Shown here: piece after piece, positions 26,216 to 37,629 of the stretch
How the letters are laid out: the number at the start of each line of letters is the position of its first letter
Position numbering within the stretch: position 1 is the first letter of the stretch
IMG/VR virus record: IMGVR_UViG_3300047157_000105
Coordinates: 76,544-140,543 of that record
From: a virus
Reading direction: 5' to 3' (one strand)
Length of the DNA: 64,000 bases
Made by a program: the position numbers and the translations under genes
The notes under the pieces: model-generated
What the model saw: only the letters and a program-made list of their open reading frames with translations
What the model was told of the DNA's origin: nothing
Databases searched by the model: none

Positions 26216-27363
26216 TGTATAAGTTTGGTGAAGTAAAAGATATTAATGATCCAGAAAAACTCGGAAGAGTAAAGGTAAGTGTATATGGCATGCATGATAA
26301 TATACCAGTTAAAGAACTTGGATGGTCACAGGTTGTTATGCCCGCTAATACACCGGCAACACTTGGTCAAGGTCATTCGGTTAATTTAAAAGAAGAAGTA
26401 TTATGGAAAACAGGGGATCTTCTACCTGAGCCAATACAGAGCCCAGCATTTAGAGCAGTAACTTCAGGACCGGCGGGGCAATCGGTAGAAGAAGCTTTAG
26501 AAGTTAAAACAATTACAGATGTTGCACCTGATTATGGATTTTATACAGGATCAGATGTTCCAAAAACAGGTGATATAAGAGAGCAAGGCAGTTTAGTTTG
26601 TGGCATATTTTTAGATCCAGCTAAGCAAGAATTTTTAGTTGTAGGAAGTTTACCTACAAGAACTGCTGGAGTAAAAGATAATAATTTAAGAGTAAGGGGT
26701 GAGAATGACCCGCATGCAAATGAAGAAAAAGGTGTCTATGAACCAGTAAGCCCGTACGATCCAACATATCCATATAATCATGTGTATGAAACAGAGAGTG
26801 GACATGTTAAAGAATATGATGATACACCTGGAATTGAACGTATAAAAGAAAGACACATGAGTGGTACTCAATACGAGATAGGTCCAAATGGTGCAAAGGT
26901 AGAAAGAATCGTAAATGATAATTATCAGTTAGTAGCAGGTCATGATACACTTGAAGTAAAAGGTAGTGTAAAGATTATTGTAAGTGGTGATTGCAAGTTA
27001 TCAGTAGCAAAAGATCTTACAGCAAATGTAGGTGGCAATATAGAGGCTAATGTAACGGGTAATGCACTAGCAACAATTGGCGGTACAACTACTGTGTTGA
27101 ATACCGGTGATATGAATTTAACTGTGAGCGGAAAGGACTCAGCTAATCTAACAATAAAATCTCAGTACTCAACTACTGAGGCTGCTGGCTCAACGACTAT
27201 GCATAAGGGTGAAATTAAATTAGATGGTAATGTTACTGTGACTGGTACAAGTAAGTTAATCGGTGAAACAAGAATAGCTGACGATACTATCACACTTGAT
27301 AACCATACACACGGTTCTAATAATGTAAATCAAGCAAATACTGCAGGACCTAACACTAACTAG
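26215..27363 (+). CDS. gp5: Baseplate central spike protein, lysozyme-less
   Basis: OB fold (DPEKLGRVKV), YPYNHVYETESGHVKEYDDTPG, V.G beta-helix repeats and C-terminal HTH. Confidence 0.85.
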   Translation: MYKFGEVKDINDPEKLGRVKVSVYGMHDNIPVKELGWSQVVMPANTPATLGQGHSVNLKEEVLWKTGDLLPEPIQSPAFRAVTSGPAGQSVEEALEVKTITDVAPDYGFYTGSDVPKTGDIREQGSLVCGIFLDPAKQEFLVVGSLPTRTAGVKDNNLRVRGENDPHANEEKGVYEPVSPYDPTYPYNHVYETESGHVKEYDDTPGIERIKERHMSGTQYEIGPNGAKVERIVNDNYQLVAGHDTLEVKGSVKIIVSGDCKLSVAKDLTANVGGNIEANVTGNALATIGGTTTVLNTGDMNLTVSGKDSANLTIKSQYSTTEAAGSTTMHKGEIKLDGNVTVTGTSKLIGETRIADDTITLDNHTHGSNNVNQANTAGPNTN

Positions 27364-27371
27364 TATAAATA
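27364..27371 (+). promoter_or_regulatory. T4 late promoter
   Basis: TATAAATA 6 nt upstream of the gp25 ATG. Confidence 0.75.
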
Positions 27372-27377
27372 AGATAT

Positions 27378-27776
27378 ATGGCACAGATAGCAATACCAGC
27401 AACGTACAAAGATTTAGATTTTTCTTTTAAGCAAAATCCTAATACCAATGACGTTGGAATAAAAAAGAATAATGCAGCAGTAATCCAAAGCTGTCTTAAT
27501 ATACTTCGTACAAATCACGGCGAAAGACCATTTGATTATAATTTCGGTGCAAACTTAAGAGCATATCTCTTTGAGAATATGAATAATGTTACAGCTGCAA
27601 ATATGGCAACAAATATACAGGTTGCTTTAAAAAACTATGAGCCACGAATAGAAGTACTTAACGTAAATGTCAGAGCGCAAGCCGCTGAGAATGATGTATT
27701 TATAACAGTAACCGGTAGAGTAAAATCAAGCAATGATATAGTTGATATCGCTACCACATTAGAGAGATTACGATAA
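27378..27776 (+). CDS. gp25: Baseplate wedge subunit / sheath initiator
   Basis: YKDLD.SF..NP...D, GERPF...FG..L..YLFE and YEPRI. Confidence 0.92.
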   Translation: MAQIAIPATYKDLDFSFKQNPNTNDVGIKKNNAAVIQSCLNILRTNHGERPFDYNFGANLRAYLFENMNNVTAANMATNIQVALKNYEPRIEVLNVNVRAQAAENDVFITVTGRVKSSNDIVDIATTLERLR

Positions 27777-29661
27777 TGGCAATCGAAAGAAGAATTAATG
27801 CAAGTGAATTAGATTTTAATCAGATAAAAACAAATCTAATTAATTATATGAAGGCAACTGATACAACCTTCAATGACTACAACTATGATGGCTCTGCGAT
27901 GTCAACCATTATTGATGTGTTAGCATATGTAACTCATATTAACTCAATGAATGCAAATTTTGCTTTGAACGAAACATTCCTTGATACTGCTCAGCTACGA
28001 ACTTCTATTGTATCTCATGCTAAGCTATTAGGATATACACCTAAATCGATTGCGCCCTCTATTGCTTATGTTAATGTAAGAATGAATTATGATACAACTG
28101 CTACACCATTATGGAATCATGATGGAACTAATACTCCATTACCATTAACTATGACAAGGGGCACAGCATTTAAAACAACTATTGATGGTGTTGATTATCC
28201 AATGTTTGCTTCAGATACAAGTACGATTTCATTTAACAGTGGTTGGAACTTTTCGAATATAGCTATCGAGCAAGGTACACTTACATCAGTATCATACACA
28301 TATCAAAACAATGCATTTGAACAGTATATATTACCACAAGCAAATGTAAATACGAGTTCAATTAAAGTTACTGTTACCGATTCAGGATCTACTAATGCTG
28401 CAAAGGTATATTCACTTAATACTAATATGGTAAACTTAGATGGTACGAGTGAAGTATATTTCTTAGAAGAAACTCGTGACGGCTTTTATGAGGTTAAATT
28501 CGGTGATAATATTCTTGGTAAGAGACCAGGTAATGGTAACACTATTAAAATAGAGTATTCTTACATCGCGTCAGGTACAAATGTAAATGGTGCTACAGTA
28601 TTTGAAATGACTGGTTCACTCAATGGTAACACAGATGAAACAATTACACTTGTAACAAAAGCGGTAGGTGGTTCACCAAGAGAAACAAAAGAAGCAATCA
28701 AGTTTAATGCTCCTTTATCATTTGTATCTCAAAATAGAGCGGTTACGCCTGATGATTACAAGTCAATTATTCAAAACGAATTTGGAGATGTAGATGCGGT
28801 ATCTGTATGGGGCGGAGAATCTCATGATGTTCCTGATTATGGTAAAGTGTATGTGAGTATTAAACCAAAATCAGCAGATACATTAACTGAGGTGCAGAAA
28901 GAAACAATTAAAACACAAATACTCAAACCTAAAAACGTCGTAAGTATTACCCCGGTTCTCATTGATCCCGAGTATACATATATTGACTTAGAAGTTTTCT
29001 TTAAATTTAATCCTAACAAAGCTACAGTAACTGCATCAGGGTTGGCAACATCTATAAGGAACACATTAGTGACAACACAACACAGACGTATTAAAAACAT
29101 TTGGTGGTGTATTTAGATTATCAAATGTAGCTAAAAAGATTGATGATACTAATGTTGCCATTATATCTAATGTTACACGCGTAAAGATGACGAAGAAAGT
29201 CACGCCTACACTTGGTACTGCTAAATCATATTCTTTAAAGTTTAATCAACCATTAACTGATTTAGATGGTACTTCTTCAGCTCTTGGTTCTTATGTAACA
29301 TCAAATACATTTACATTTAATGGTACAGCTCAAGCAAAGCTAAAAGACTACTATGATACAGATTCTGGATACACGCATCATTCAAGTAGTTGACTCAGGT
29401 GGTTTAATATTAGATACAAACGCTGGTACGATAAATGAAACTACTGGGGTAGTTACACTTACCTCATTTAATCCAACTGCATTACCTACAGGGCAAACTA
29501 CTATCGATGTCACGGTTAAACCAGCGAGTACTGATGTATCGCCTGCAAGAAACGTGTTATTAGATATACAGACTTCAAGTGCTGCTATTTCAGGTGAGAT
29601 AGATACAATGGCTACTGGCGGTACAACTGCTGGTATTGATTATAATACAACGAGCGCATAA
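27776..29661 (+). CDS. gp6: Baseplate wedge subunit gp6, split into three ORFs by two apparent single-base insertions
   Basis: LDF..IK..L, E.FLDTAQLR.S, QNRAVT..DY and VWGGE...P.YGKV; removing one base near 29074 and one near 29369 restores a continuous frame to 29661. Confidence 0.85.
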
Positions 29662-30836
29662 TGTCAAATAGTCTTGGAAAATATAATATATCATCTTACA
29701 TAGATGAACTAGTACCTGATCATGTAGAATCTTCATATCCTGACCTAGTTAATTTTCTTAAGACATATGCATTATATTTAGAGCGTTCAAATGATTCTGG
29801 ATTCTATCTTAATGCATTAGATATTCAAAGAGATATCGATCACGTAGAAGAGAATCTACTTACTGAGTTGCAGAATGAAATCGGTGTTGCTGTACCAAGA
29901 GACTTCGCTACAGATCCAAGGATGTTTTATAAGCGTTTAGTTGAATTCTATAAGTCACGTGGTACACCTGAATCTATTACAGCATTCTTTAGAATGATAT
30001 ATGATGATGAGGTAGAAACATATTTTCCATATGTAGATGTATTAAATCCTTCAGATGGAGATTGGACAGATCAAGCGGCGGCAGTTCAAGCTGATAGAAC
30101 AGCATTTACTCCAATAAACACATTTACAATATCAGGTACACCAACTGAAGTAACTGGAAATAATGATGCAGGTAACCCGGCATTATTTGATGATGATATT
30201 GTGTTTGTTAATAACGATTATAAAACTCCAGGCACAGATTATACCGAATCAGTTTATTCTGATTCTACTACTAAATATAAATTAACATTTGCAAGTGCAT
30301 TATCAAATGGTGATGTTGTAAGAACATATGCAAAGGGTTTATTTACATCAGCTAATGGATTCTTATCAGATAAAAAGTTTATTCAAGATTCTTATTATTA
30401 TCAAAAGTTTTCATATGTATTAAGAACTGGTGCAAACGTAGCAGACTGGAGTAACGCATTTACACGATTAGTACACCCAGCAGGATTTAAGTTCTTTGGT
30501 GAGATTGCAATATTTATTCAGTTACTTACATCGGGAAATAACCAAACACAATTTGGTAATCAACTACCAGCTGGTGAAATTAGCTTTAACATCGGTGCAT
30601 TCCAAGTTGGACCAGCACAATTTAATACACATATATTAGAGAAATCATATACTCACTTTGCTAACGGAAGTTCTGAGCTGAGTAAGATAGGTATGCAAAA
30701 CCATTGGGATAATATGAAGTTTAGATATTTAGGTCCAAACTCAGATTTCGCTCATTGGACACTGCAAGATAGTATAAATAACAATATAAGTACACAATTC
30801 GGAATGGGTGGAGCTAGTTCACTCGTTATTTCATAA
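29661..30836 (+). CDS. Baseplate wedge protein (gp7-like)
   Basis: FYKSRGT.ES...FFR and IQDSYYYQ.FSYV...LVHPAGFK.FGE. Confidence 0.7.
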   Translation: MSNSLGKYNISSYIDELVPDHVESSYPDLVNFLKTYALYLERSNDSGFYLNALDIQRDIDHVEENLLTELQNEIGVAVPRDFATDPRMFYKRLVEFYKSRGTPESITAFFRMIYDDEVETYFPYVDVLNPSDGDWTDQAAAVQADRTAFTPINTFTISGTPTEVTGNNDAGNPALFDDDIVFVNNDYKTPGTDYTESVYSDSTTKYKLTFASALSNGDVVRTYAKGLFTSANGFLSDKKFIQDSYYYQKFSYVLRTGANVADWSNAFTRLVHPAGFKFFGEIAIFIQLLTSGNNQTQFGNQLPAGEISFNIGAFQVGPAQFNTHILEKSYTHFANGSSELSKIGMQNHWDNMKFRYLGPNSDFAHWTLQDSINNNISTQFGMGGASSLVIS

Positions 30837-30851
30837 AACTAAGGAAAAGAC

Positions 30852-32378
30852 ATGGCAGCAATAATCACAAGTAAATTCAGACTGGATACAACTAATAAGT
30901 TCGTTAATAGTCTAAGTGATAATCAATTCTACATGGCCCTGGGACGGCCAAACGCATGGGCAGATGATACTGTTCCAGATACCCCATATGAAAATGACTA
31001 TGCATCACACACTTTATGGGAAAACATGTTCGCCATGAAGAGAGTTGATGCTGCAGACATTATTCATTGTTCACCAAGAAACTTATGGGTTTCTGGTACA
31101 ACATATGCAGAATATGATGATCAAGATACAAACATAGAGAGCAAAGTATATTTTGTTATTTCAGCAAATAATAATGTATACATGTGCTTGAAAGCAGGAG
31201 CAGGAGCTTCTACTACTAACCCGGATACTACAGGTGTTCAAACATCGGGTGTTATTAATCATAGTGGATCAGATGGTTATATATGGAAATACATGTATAC
31301 AGTCCCAACAGCTGATGTAACTAAATTCTTAACAACATCATTTATACCAGTAAGACATATTAAAGAAGCACCAGCAGGTGGATCTGATACTGCATTAACT
31401 AATCAATGGGCAGTACAAGGTAATGCTGTTGATGGTGCAATCTATAATATGAAGATTACAAATGCAGGAACTGGATATACATCAGCTCCTACAATAACAA
31501 TCTCAGGTAATGGATCAAGTGCTACAGCGACAGCTACAGTATCTGGTGGTGCTATCACAGGTATTACAATGACTAATGTTGGTTCAGGATATCGTCATGC
31601 AACAGTTACAGTAACTGGTGGTTCAGGTTCAAATGGTGCAATCAGACCAGTTATTGGACCAGTTGGCGGATTTGGAGCAGATCCTACAAATGATTTAAGA
31701 GCACATTATGTAACAATCAACACTGTATTTACTGGTGATGAGTCTGGTGCAATTCCTGATTCAAATGACTTTAGACAAATAGCAGTTGTTAAAAACCCTA
31801 TTGAGAAAGCAAATGAGAGTGCAACAGTCTCAGCTACTGGCTCAATGGTTGTAGGTAATTTTTATAAGATCTTAACAATAGGAAATACTACCGATTCTAA
31901 TTGGGCAGCTGCAGGTTCAACAAGCGGCAATCCAGTTGTTGGTGAAATATTTAAGGCTATTGCCACAACGATAACAGGTTCAAGTACAGGTACTATTGCA
32001 CAAGTTGCAGAAGCAAGTGCATACAATACATGTAAGAGTGTTACAATCCCAGCTGGATTAGCATCTACATATGTTGCTGACTTTGCATTTGAAGGTCATA
32101 CTGGTGGTACAGTTGGTGCTAAAGGTATCGTTGTAGAATACAATAACACAAACGGTGTATTACATTATATACAAAACGAAACTACTGGGTTCGGTACATT
32201 TACTACTTCACATTTGACAAGAGCAACTGGTTCATCAACTGCTGGTAATCAAATCTCAGCGGTAGGTGCACCTCTCATTAATCATCATCAAGGTGATGTG
32301 ATGTTTGTAGAGAATAGAACAGCTACAACAAGATCCGCAGGACAAGTAGAAACAGTAAGATTAGTAATCGCATTTTAA
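30852..32378 (+). CDS. gp8: Baseplate wedge subunit
   Basis: MAAIIT..FR, VY.CL, DGYIWKYMY, FRQI..V.NP and G.VMFVENR....R...Q.E. Confidence 0.85.
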   Translation: MAAIITSKFRLDTTNKFVNSLSDNQFYMALGRPNAWADDTVPDTPYENDYASHTLWENMFAMKRVDAADIIHCSPRNLWVSGTTYAEYDDQDTNIESKVYFVISANNNVYMCLKAGAGASTTNPDTTGVQTSGVINHSGSDGYIWKYMYTVPTADVTKFLTTSFIPVRHIKEAPAGGSDTALTNQWAVQGNAVDGAIYNMKITNAGTGYTSAPTITISGNGSSATATATVSGGAITGITMTNVGSGYRHATVTVTGGSGSNGAIRPVIGPVGGFGADPTNDLRAHYVTINTVFTGDESGAIPDSNDFRQIAVVKNPIEKANESATVSATGSMVVGNFYKILTIGNTTDSNWAAAGSTSGNPVVGEIFKAIATTITGSSTGTIAQVAEASAYNTCKSVTIPAGLASTYVADFAFEGHTGGTVGAKGIVVEYNNTNGVLHYIQNETTGFGTFTTSHLTRATGSSTAGNQISAVGAPLINHHQGDVMFVENRTATTRSAGQVETVRLVIAF

Positions 32379-32391
32379 ATAGGATAGAAAC

Positions 32392-35300
32392 ATGGCAATT
32401 TCATTTAACGTAGAACCATATTGGGACGACTTTGAGTCGGTTGCATCGGGCAACACACTCAGCCCTAAAGAACAATATCAAAGGATATTATTTAGACCCG
32501 GTAAGGCGGTACAAGCACGAGAGTTAACTCAACTGCAAACATCTTTACAACATCAGATCTCTTCTACAGGAGATCATTTATTTAAGGATGGTTCTGTTGT
32601 TGTACCAGGAGCGGTGCATCTACATAATAAGATTGACTATGTAAGACTATCAGCATGTAACACAAGTGCAGTTGCAGATATTATTGGTACTGAATACACT
32701 GATAGCTCAACTGTTGCTCGTGTTGTCCATGCTACATTAGCAAGCGGTGATGATTCTATTACGTTATTTGTACAATATATTTCAGGTTCGGTGTTTGCCG
32801 CAGGTGCTTCATTAACAGCAAGTGGAAGTAAGACAGCTACAGTTGCAAGTTCTAATGATGCGAATGGTAAAACACCAGTTGGATTTGGTTCAATTGTTTC
32901 TATCGAAGACGGTATCTATTATATTAAGAGACACTTTGTTACAGTTAAAGCAAATACAATTGTTCTAAACAAATACTCTCCTGATGTGTCATTTGATATA
33001 GGTTTACTTGTCACTGAATCCCTTGTCAGTTCGGGTACCGATACGTCTCTTAACGATAATGCTACTGGCACTCCTAATGAGTCTGCTCCAGGTGCACATC
33101 GTTATTCTATTACAGCAGCATTATCTTCTCAAGCAGTCAATGCAAACTCAGGTAACTTTGTTCTTATTGCTAGATTAGAATCTGGTGTTATTACAAAGAA
33201 TGCGAGAACAGCTGATTATAACGTGCTCGAAGATGAATTAGCACGTAGAACATTTGATGAATCAGGTAACTACTATGTTAATCCATTTAAAGCTACTGTT
33301 AAAACACATCAAGCCTCAAGTCCTGATGCTACAAAGCTAACTACAGTTGTTGAGCCTTCGAAAGCGTATGTGAGGGGTTACGAGATTGAGACATTATCAA
33401 ATACAAATGTACATTTTGATAGAGCAAGAACGTCTGAAGTAGTTGACGATAAGCTTATAGAGATAACTCATAATAACTTTATTGAAGTCACAGCCATGAC
33501 TGGAGTTCCTGATATTACCACATTTGGTAAGATATCAATTGAGAATTCTAGTGGTGTAGAGATTGGTACATGTAGAGCTCGTTCAATTGAAAGAGTAAGT
33601 GGTAATGGTGCAACATCTGCATCAAGATATAGAATACATATATTCGATTTTACTGGTACAATGACAGCTGCAACTCAGCTAGATGACAAAGAAGGCACCG
33701 CGGCAGGTACAGCCTTTGCCGCAACAATCGCAGATGGTGGCTTAGCCACCGCATATAACATCGGCCCTGACAGTTTAGTATATGAGTTACCATATAAAAG
33801 AATTAAAACATTAGATGGAGAAGTTGATGAATCTGCTGCAGATGATTTTGACTTTAGCTATAGTGTTAATCGTATAGTTGGTAGTGCAACAGTATCAGGT
33901 ACTGGTACAGCTACATTTACTGCTTTATCATCTGGAGAACAATTTGGTTCGAAGTCAGCTAACACAAACTGGATTCTGATTAACGATACAAATGATGGAG
34001 ATGGTGGTGAAGAAGTATTATCAGCTGATATTACTATTAATAACAGTGCAAACCCACCAAGTGTTGTGATTTCTAACTTACCAACCACTGGAGATTTAGG
34101 TGGTGGTGGTAGTGATGGTGCTGTAGGAGATACAGTAAGACTTGTTGCTCCAATGGTACGTACATTAGGTCAAAAGACAAAAACACTGAGTTCAAACACT
34201 GCTGTAAACTTTAATGCTGGTACAGACTTTACTGGTACTGGTCAAGCTCTTGGTCATGCAGATGTACATGAATTAGTTTCAGTTGTTGAGACTTCTGGTT
34301 CTGCTAACGTTACAACACATTTCGAATTAGATAATGGTCAAAGAGATGATTACTATGATGTTGGTCGTATTAAGTTAAAGACTACATCAAACTATACAGC
34401 GGCCGTAGCACTTACTGTAACATATAAGTATTTCTCACATTCAACAGGAGACTTCTTCTCAGTTGATTCATATACTGGCCAAATTGATTACACAGCTATA
34501 CCTAAATTAGGTGATATAGAATTAAGATCAGCAATTGATTTTAGACCAAGAGTTGGTAATGCGGGTGGTAACTTTACAGGAACAGGTGCTACAGTAGCAG
34601 TTGCCCCAGTAAGGTTCTCTCAGTTCTCAACAAATATTCAATACTATCTACCAAGAATAGATAAGATTTATCTTGACTCAAAAGGTGTATTTGGTGTTTC
34701 GCCAGGTGTTCCAGCAGTTTATCCTTCTCCACCGTCTATTCCTACAGATGCAATGCATTTATACACGTTGAAGATTCCTGCATATACTACAGGCCCCGAT
34801 GAAGTTACTCTTGACTTTGTAGATAATCGTCGTTATACGATGCGTGATATTGGTCGTATTGATAAGAGAATAACTCAGATCGAATACTATTCAGTGCTAT
34901 CATTCCTCGAAGCTGAAGCACAGAACAAACAAATTATAGATGGAGCTTCAAGCTTACAAAGATTTAAATCAGGTTATTTAGTAGATGCATTCTCAAATAC
35001 AAGAATGTCTAACTCTTCATCACCTGAATATCGTGCTTCAATTGATTTAAGAAATCGTGTGCTAAGGCCGGGATTTGCCTCTGGTAATGCTCCATTAACA
35101 TATGTTTCTAGCGCATCAGGTACAACAAAGACTGGAGACTTAGTTACATTACCATATACCCATTCAGCAATGATAACACAAGGCCAGTATTCTGGTCAAA
35201 TCAATGTTAATCCATATGATGTATTTAACTGGACTGGTTCAATGACACTTACACCATCATCAGATGAGTGGAGAGATATTGATCGTAGACCTGAAGTTGT

Positions 35301-37434
35301 CATTAATAATGATGGTGAATTTGATGCGATGATGAATGCTTTAGAACCTCAAGTAGGTACTGTATGGGGTGATTGGTCAACTAACTGGACTGGAACAGAA
35401 TGGGAAGCTCATGGAAGACGGAGAGAATTATTTAATACTGGTACATCAACACGAGTAGGTGTACAGCAAACAATTGAAATTCAAACATCAAGATTTAGTG
35501 TTGGTGATCGTATAGTTGAGGTTAACTTTATACCATTTATGAGAACAAGATTAGTTGCCTTCTCTGCAACTCGTATGAAACCAGGTGTTCAGGTATATGC
35601 ATTCTTTGATGGTGTGTCTGTAGCAGATTACGTTAAATCAGGAAGTCATTCATTCACGCCTTTAGTTGGTGTTAATAGTGTAGTTGCTCACCCAGGTACA
35701 GCATCTACCCTCACAACTGATGCAAACGGTGCAGTGTCTGGTACATTCCTTATACCAAATAACTCTTCACTTAATTTTGCTACAGGTGATAAAGAATTTA
35801 AACTTACTCAATCATCTACAAATGATGACGAGACAACTACTACATCTGCTATGGCAATGTATAGAGCTACTGGATTACTTGAAACAAGAGAGAATGTTAT
35901 TGTTTCAACACGTACTCCTGTTATTTCAAGGACAAGTGTTAATGAATCAGTAGATGCAAGAGCATCAACTGGTAGAGTCCGATGGGTTGATCCATTAGCA
36001 CAATCAATATTACTTGATAAAGCTGCATTCGTTACTAAGATTGATTTAATATTTACTGCGAAAGATAGTGCTATACCTGTAACGGTAGATATACGTGAAA
36101 TGGTGAATGGATTCCCAACGCAAAACATTATTCCATTCTCTGAAGTAACTCTTAATCCTGGTTCGGTAAACATTGATGGTACAGTATCTACATTTACATT
36201 CCCATCACCAGTATATCTACAAGATGGTGTTGAGTATGCAATTGTTATTATGGCTAACTCTAATAAGTACTTAGTACGTTATGCTGAGATTGGTAAGGAA
36301 GATCAAAATGGTAATAGAATATCACAACAGCCATATGCTGGTGTATTATTTAAGTCTGCTAATGCTTCAACATGGAGTCCAGATCAAAATAAAGACTTAA
36401 CGTTTACATTACATCGTGCAAACTTTGATATTTCTACTACTCGTACAGCAGTATTAAGAAATGCTGAGTTACCTTCAAGAGCGTTAGTTGCAGATCCATT
36501 AACTACTGTGGCAAACACTGCCTCACAAGATAACATTATTACCGTAGCTCATCGTGACCATGGTCATTCAGCTGGTGATTCAGTTACTCTTGCAGGTTTT
36601 GCTGCAACGAATGGTTATACTGCAGCTGAGTTAAATAAAGCACACACAATTACTGCAATTGCAAGAGATAGTTATACGATTACAGTTGCTGCAGCTAATC
36701 ACGCAAATGCAATTACTGCTGGTAATGGTGGTGGTTCAGCATGTCAAGCAACAGAAGGTTTAGAATGGAATACAGCTCGACCAATGTTACAACAAGTTGT
36801 ATTACCTAATACAGCACAAACTTGGACAATTAAAGATACCGCTGTAGGTAATGGTACATCCATTGGTACAACTGCTGCCGCTGTTGTTGCGAATGAAGAT
36901 TATACTCCATTGTCACCTAAGGTTATTAAACCAGGTTCAACACATACTGCTGAATTAAGCGGGGTGTTTAGTTCTGCTAATGCTTACTTATCACCAGTAC
37001 TTGATTTAGAGAGATCTTCTATCATTACTATTGGTAATCGTATTGATAATAGTACCGCAGTTGCTGAGACTGATCCAAGTAAAGGATCTAACTTAGCAAA
37101 GTATGTAACGAAGACAGTTGAATTAAACGATACCTCGGATGGTTTAAAGATCTATTTAGATATTAATAGACCTAACGGATCATTTGTTGATGTATACTAT
37201 AAGCTTGGTAATACGGCAGGAACATTTAATGCTGAGTCATGGGTAGCAGCTACACCAACAGGTAATAATGGTGCAGTAGCATTCTCTGATGGAGCTACAT
37301 ATAACGAAACAGAATATAACATTACTCCAGCAAATACATTTACTATATTTGCTGTGAAGATTGTAATGAGATCTGGAAGTACAAGTACTGTTCCGATGTG
37401 TCAAGATCTTCGAGCTATAGCATTGAGAGCATAA
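32392..37434 (+). CDS. Large virion structural protein (VrlC/DUF4815-like)
   Basis: FNVEPY.DDF...YQRILFRPG.AVQARELTQLQ, APGAHR, NRRYTMRDIG, DPLAQS and DLRAIAL. Confidence 0.8.
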   Translation: MAISFNVEPYWDDFESVASGNTLSPKEQYQRILFRPGKAVQARELTQLQTSLQHQISSTGDHLFKDGSVVVPGAVHLHNKIDYVRLSACNTSAVADIIGTEYTDSSTVARVVHATLASGDDSITLFVQYISGSVFAAGASLTASGSKTATVASSNDANGKTPVGFGSIVSIEDGIYYIKRHFVTVKANTIVLNKYSPDVSFDIGLLVTESLVSSGTDTSLNDNATGTPNESAPGAHRYSITAALSSQAVNANSGNFVLIARLESGVITKNARTADYNVLEDELARRTFDESGNYYVNPFKATVKTHQASSPDATKLTTVVEPSKAYVRGYEIETLSNTNVHFDRARTSEVVDDKLIEITHNNFIEVTAMTGVPDITTFGKISIENSSGVEIGTCRARSIERVSGNGATSASRYRIHIFDFTGTMTAATQLDDKEGTAAGTAFAATIADGGLATAYNIGPDSLVYELPYKRIKTLDGEVDESAADDFDFSYSVNRIVGSATVSGTGTATFTALSSGEQFGSKSANTNWILINDTNDGDGGEEVLSADITINNSANPPSVVISNLPTTGDLGGGGSDGAVGDTVRLVAPMVRTLGQKTKTLSSNTAVNFNAGTDFTGTGQALGHADVHELVSVVETSGSANVTTHFELDNGQRDDYYDVGRIKLKTTSNYTAAVALTVTYKYFSHSTGDFFSVDSYTGQIDYTAIPKLGDIELRSAIDFRPRVGNAGGNFTGTGATVAVAPVRFSQFSTNIQYYLPRIDKIYLDSKGVFGVSPGVPAVYPSPPSIPTDAMHLYTLKIPAYTTGPDEVTLDFVDNRRYTMRDIGRIDKRITQIEYYSVLSFLEAEAQNKQIIDGASSLQRFKSGYLVDAFSNTRMSNSSSPEYRASIDLRNRVLRPGFASGNAPLTYVSSASGTTKTGDLVTLPYTHSAMITQGQYSGQINVNPYDVFNWTGSMTLTPSSDEWRDIDRRPEVVINNDGEFDAMMNALEPQVGTVWGDWSTNWTGTEWEAHGRRRELFNTGTSTRVGVQQTIEIQTSRFSVGDRIVEVNFIPFMRTRLVAFSATRMKPGVQVYAFFDGVSVADYVKSGSHSFTPLVGVNSVVAHPGTASTLTTDANGAVSGTFLIPNNSSLNFATGDKEFKLTQSSTNDDETTTTSAMAMYRATGLLETRENVIVSTRTPVISRTSVNESVDARASTGRVRWVDPLAQSILLDKAAFVTKIDLIFTAKDSAIPVTVDIREMVNGFPTQNIIPFSEVTLNPGSVNIDGTVSTFTFPSPVYLQDGVEYAIVIMANSNKYLVRYAEIGKEDQNGNRISQQPYAGVLFKSANASTWSPDQNKDLTFTLHRANFDISTTRTAVLRNAELPSRALVADPLTTVANTASQDNIITVAHRDHGHSAGDSVTLAGFAATNGYTAAELNKAHTITAIARDSYTITVAAANHANAITAGNGGGSACQATEGLEWNTARPMLQQVVLPNTAQTWTIKDTAVGNGTSIGTTAAAVVANEDYTPLSPKVIKPGSTHTAELSGVFSSANAYLSPVLDLERSSIITIGNRIDNSTAVAETDPSKGSNLAKYVTKTVELNDTSDGLKIYLDINRPNGSFVDVYYKLGNTAGTFNAESWVAATPTGNNGAVAFSDGATYNETEYNITPANTFTIFAVKIVMRSGSTSTVPMCQDLRAIALRA

Positions 37435-37628
37435 TGAAAGTACCTATTCAAGGACATCCTGGTATGGTAAGAGACACAAGCTCAGGCGCTATTATAAATA
37501 TGAATAGTGATGGTGCACTTCATTCGGCGAATAGGGCAAGATTAATAAAGGACGCAGAGAGATTGAACAAAGTAGAACAAGATGTATCAGAAATTAAAAT
37601 GATGCTCAAACAATTAATAGAGAGATAA
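37434..37628 (+). CDS. Small conserved virion-associated protein
   Basis: GHPGMVRD..SGAIIN and C-terminal EIK.ML..L coiled coil; coupled ATG 37434. Confidence 0.7.
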   Translation: MKVPIQGHPGMVRDTSSGAIINMNSDGALHSANRARLIKDAERLNKVEQDVSEIKMMLKQLIER

Positions 37629-37629
37629 T

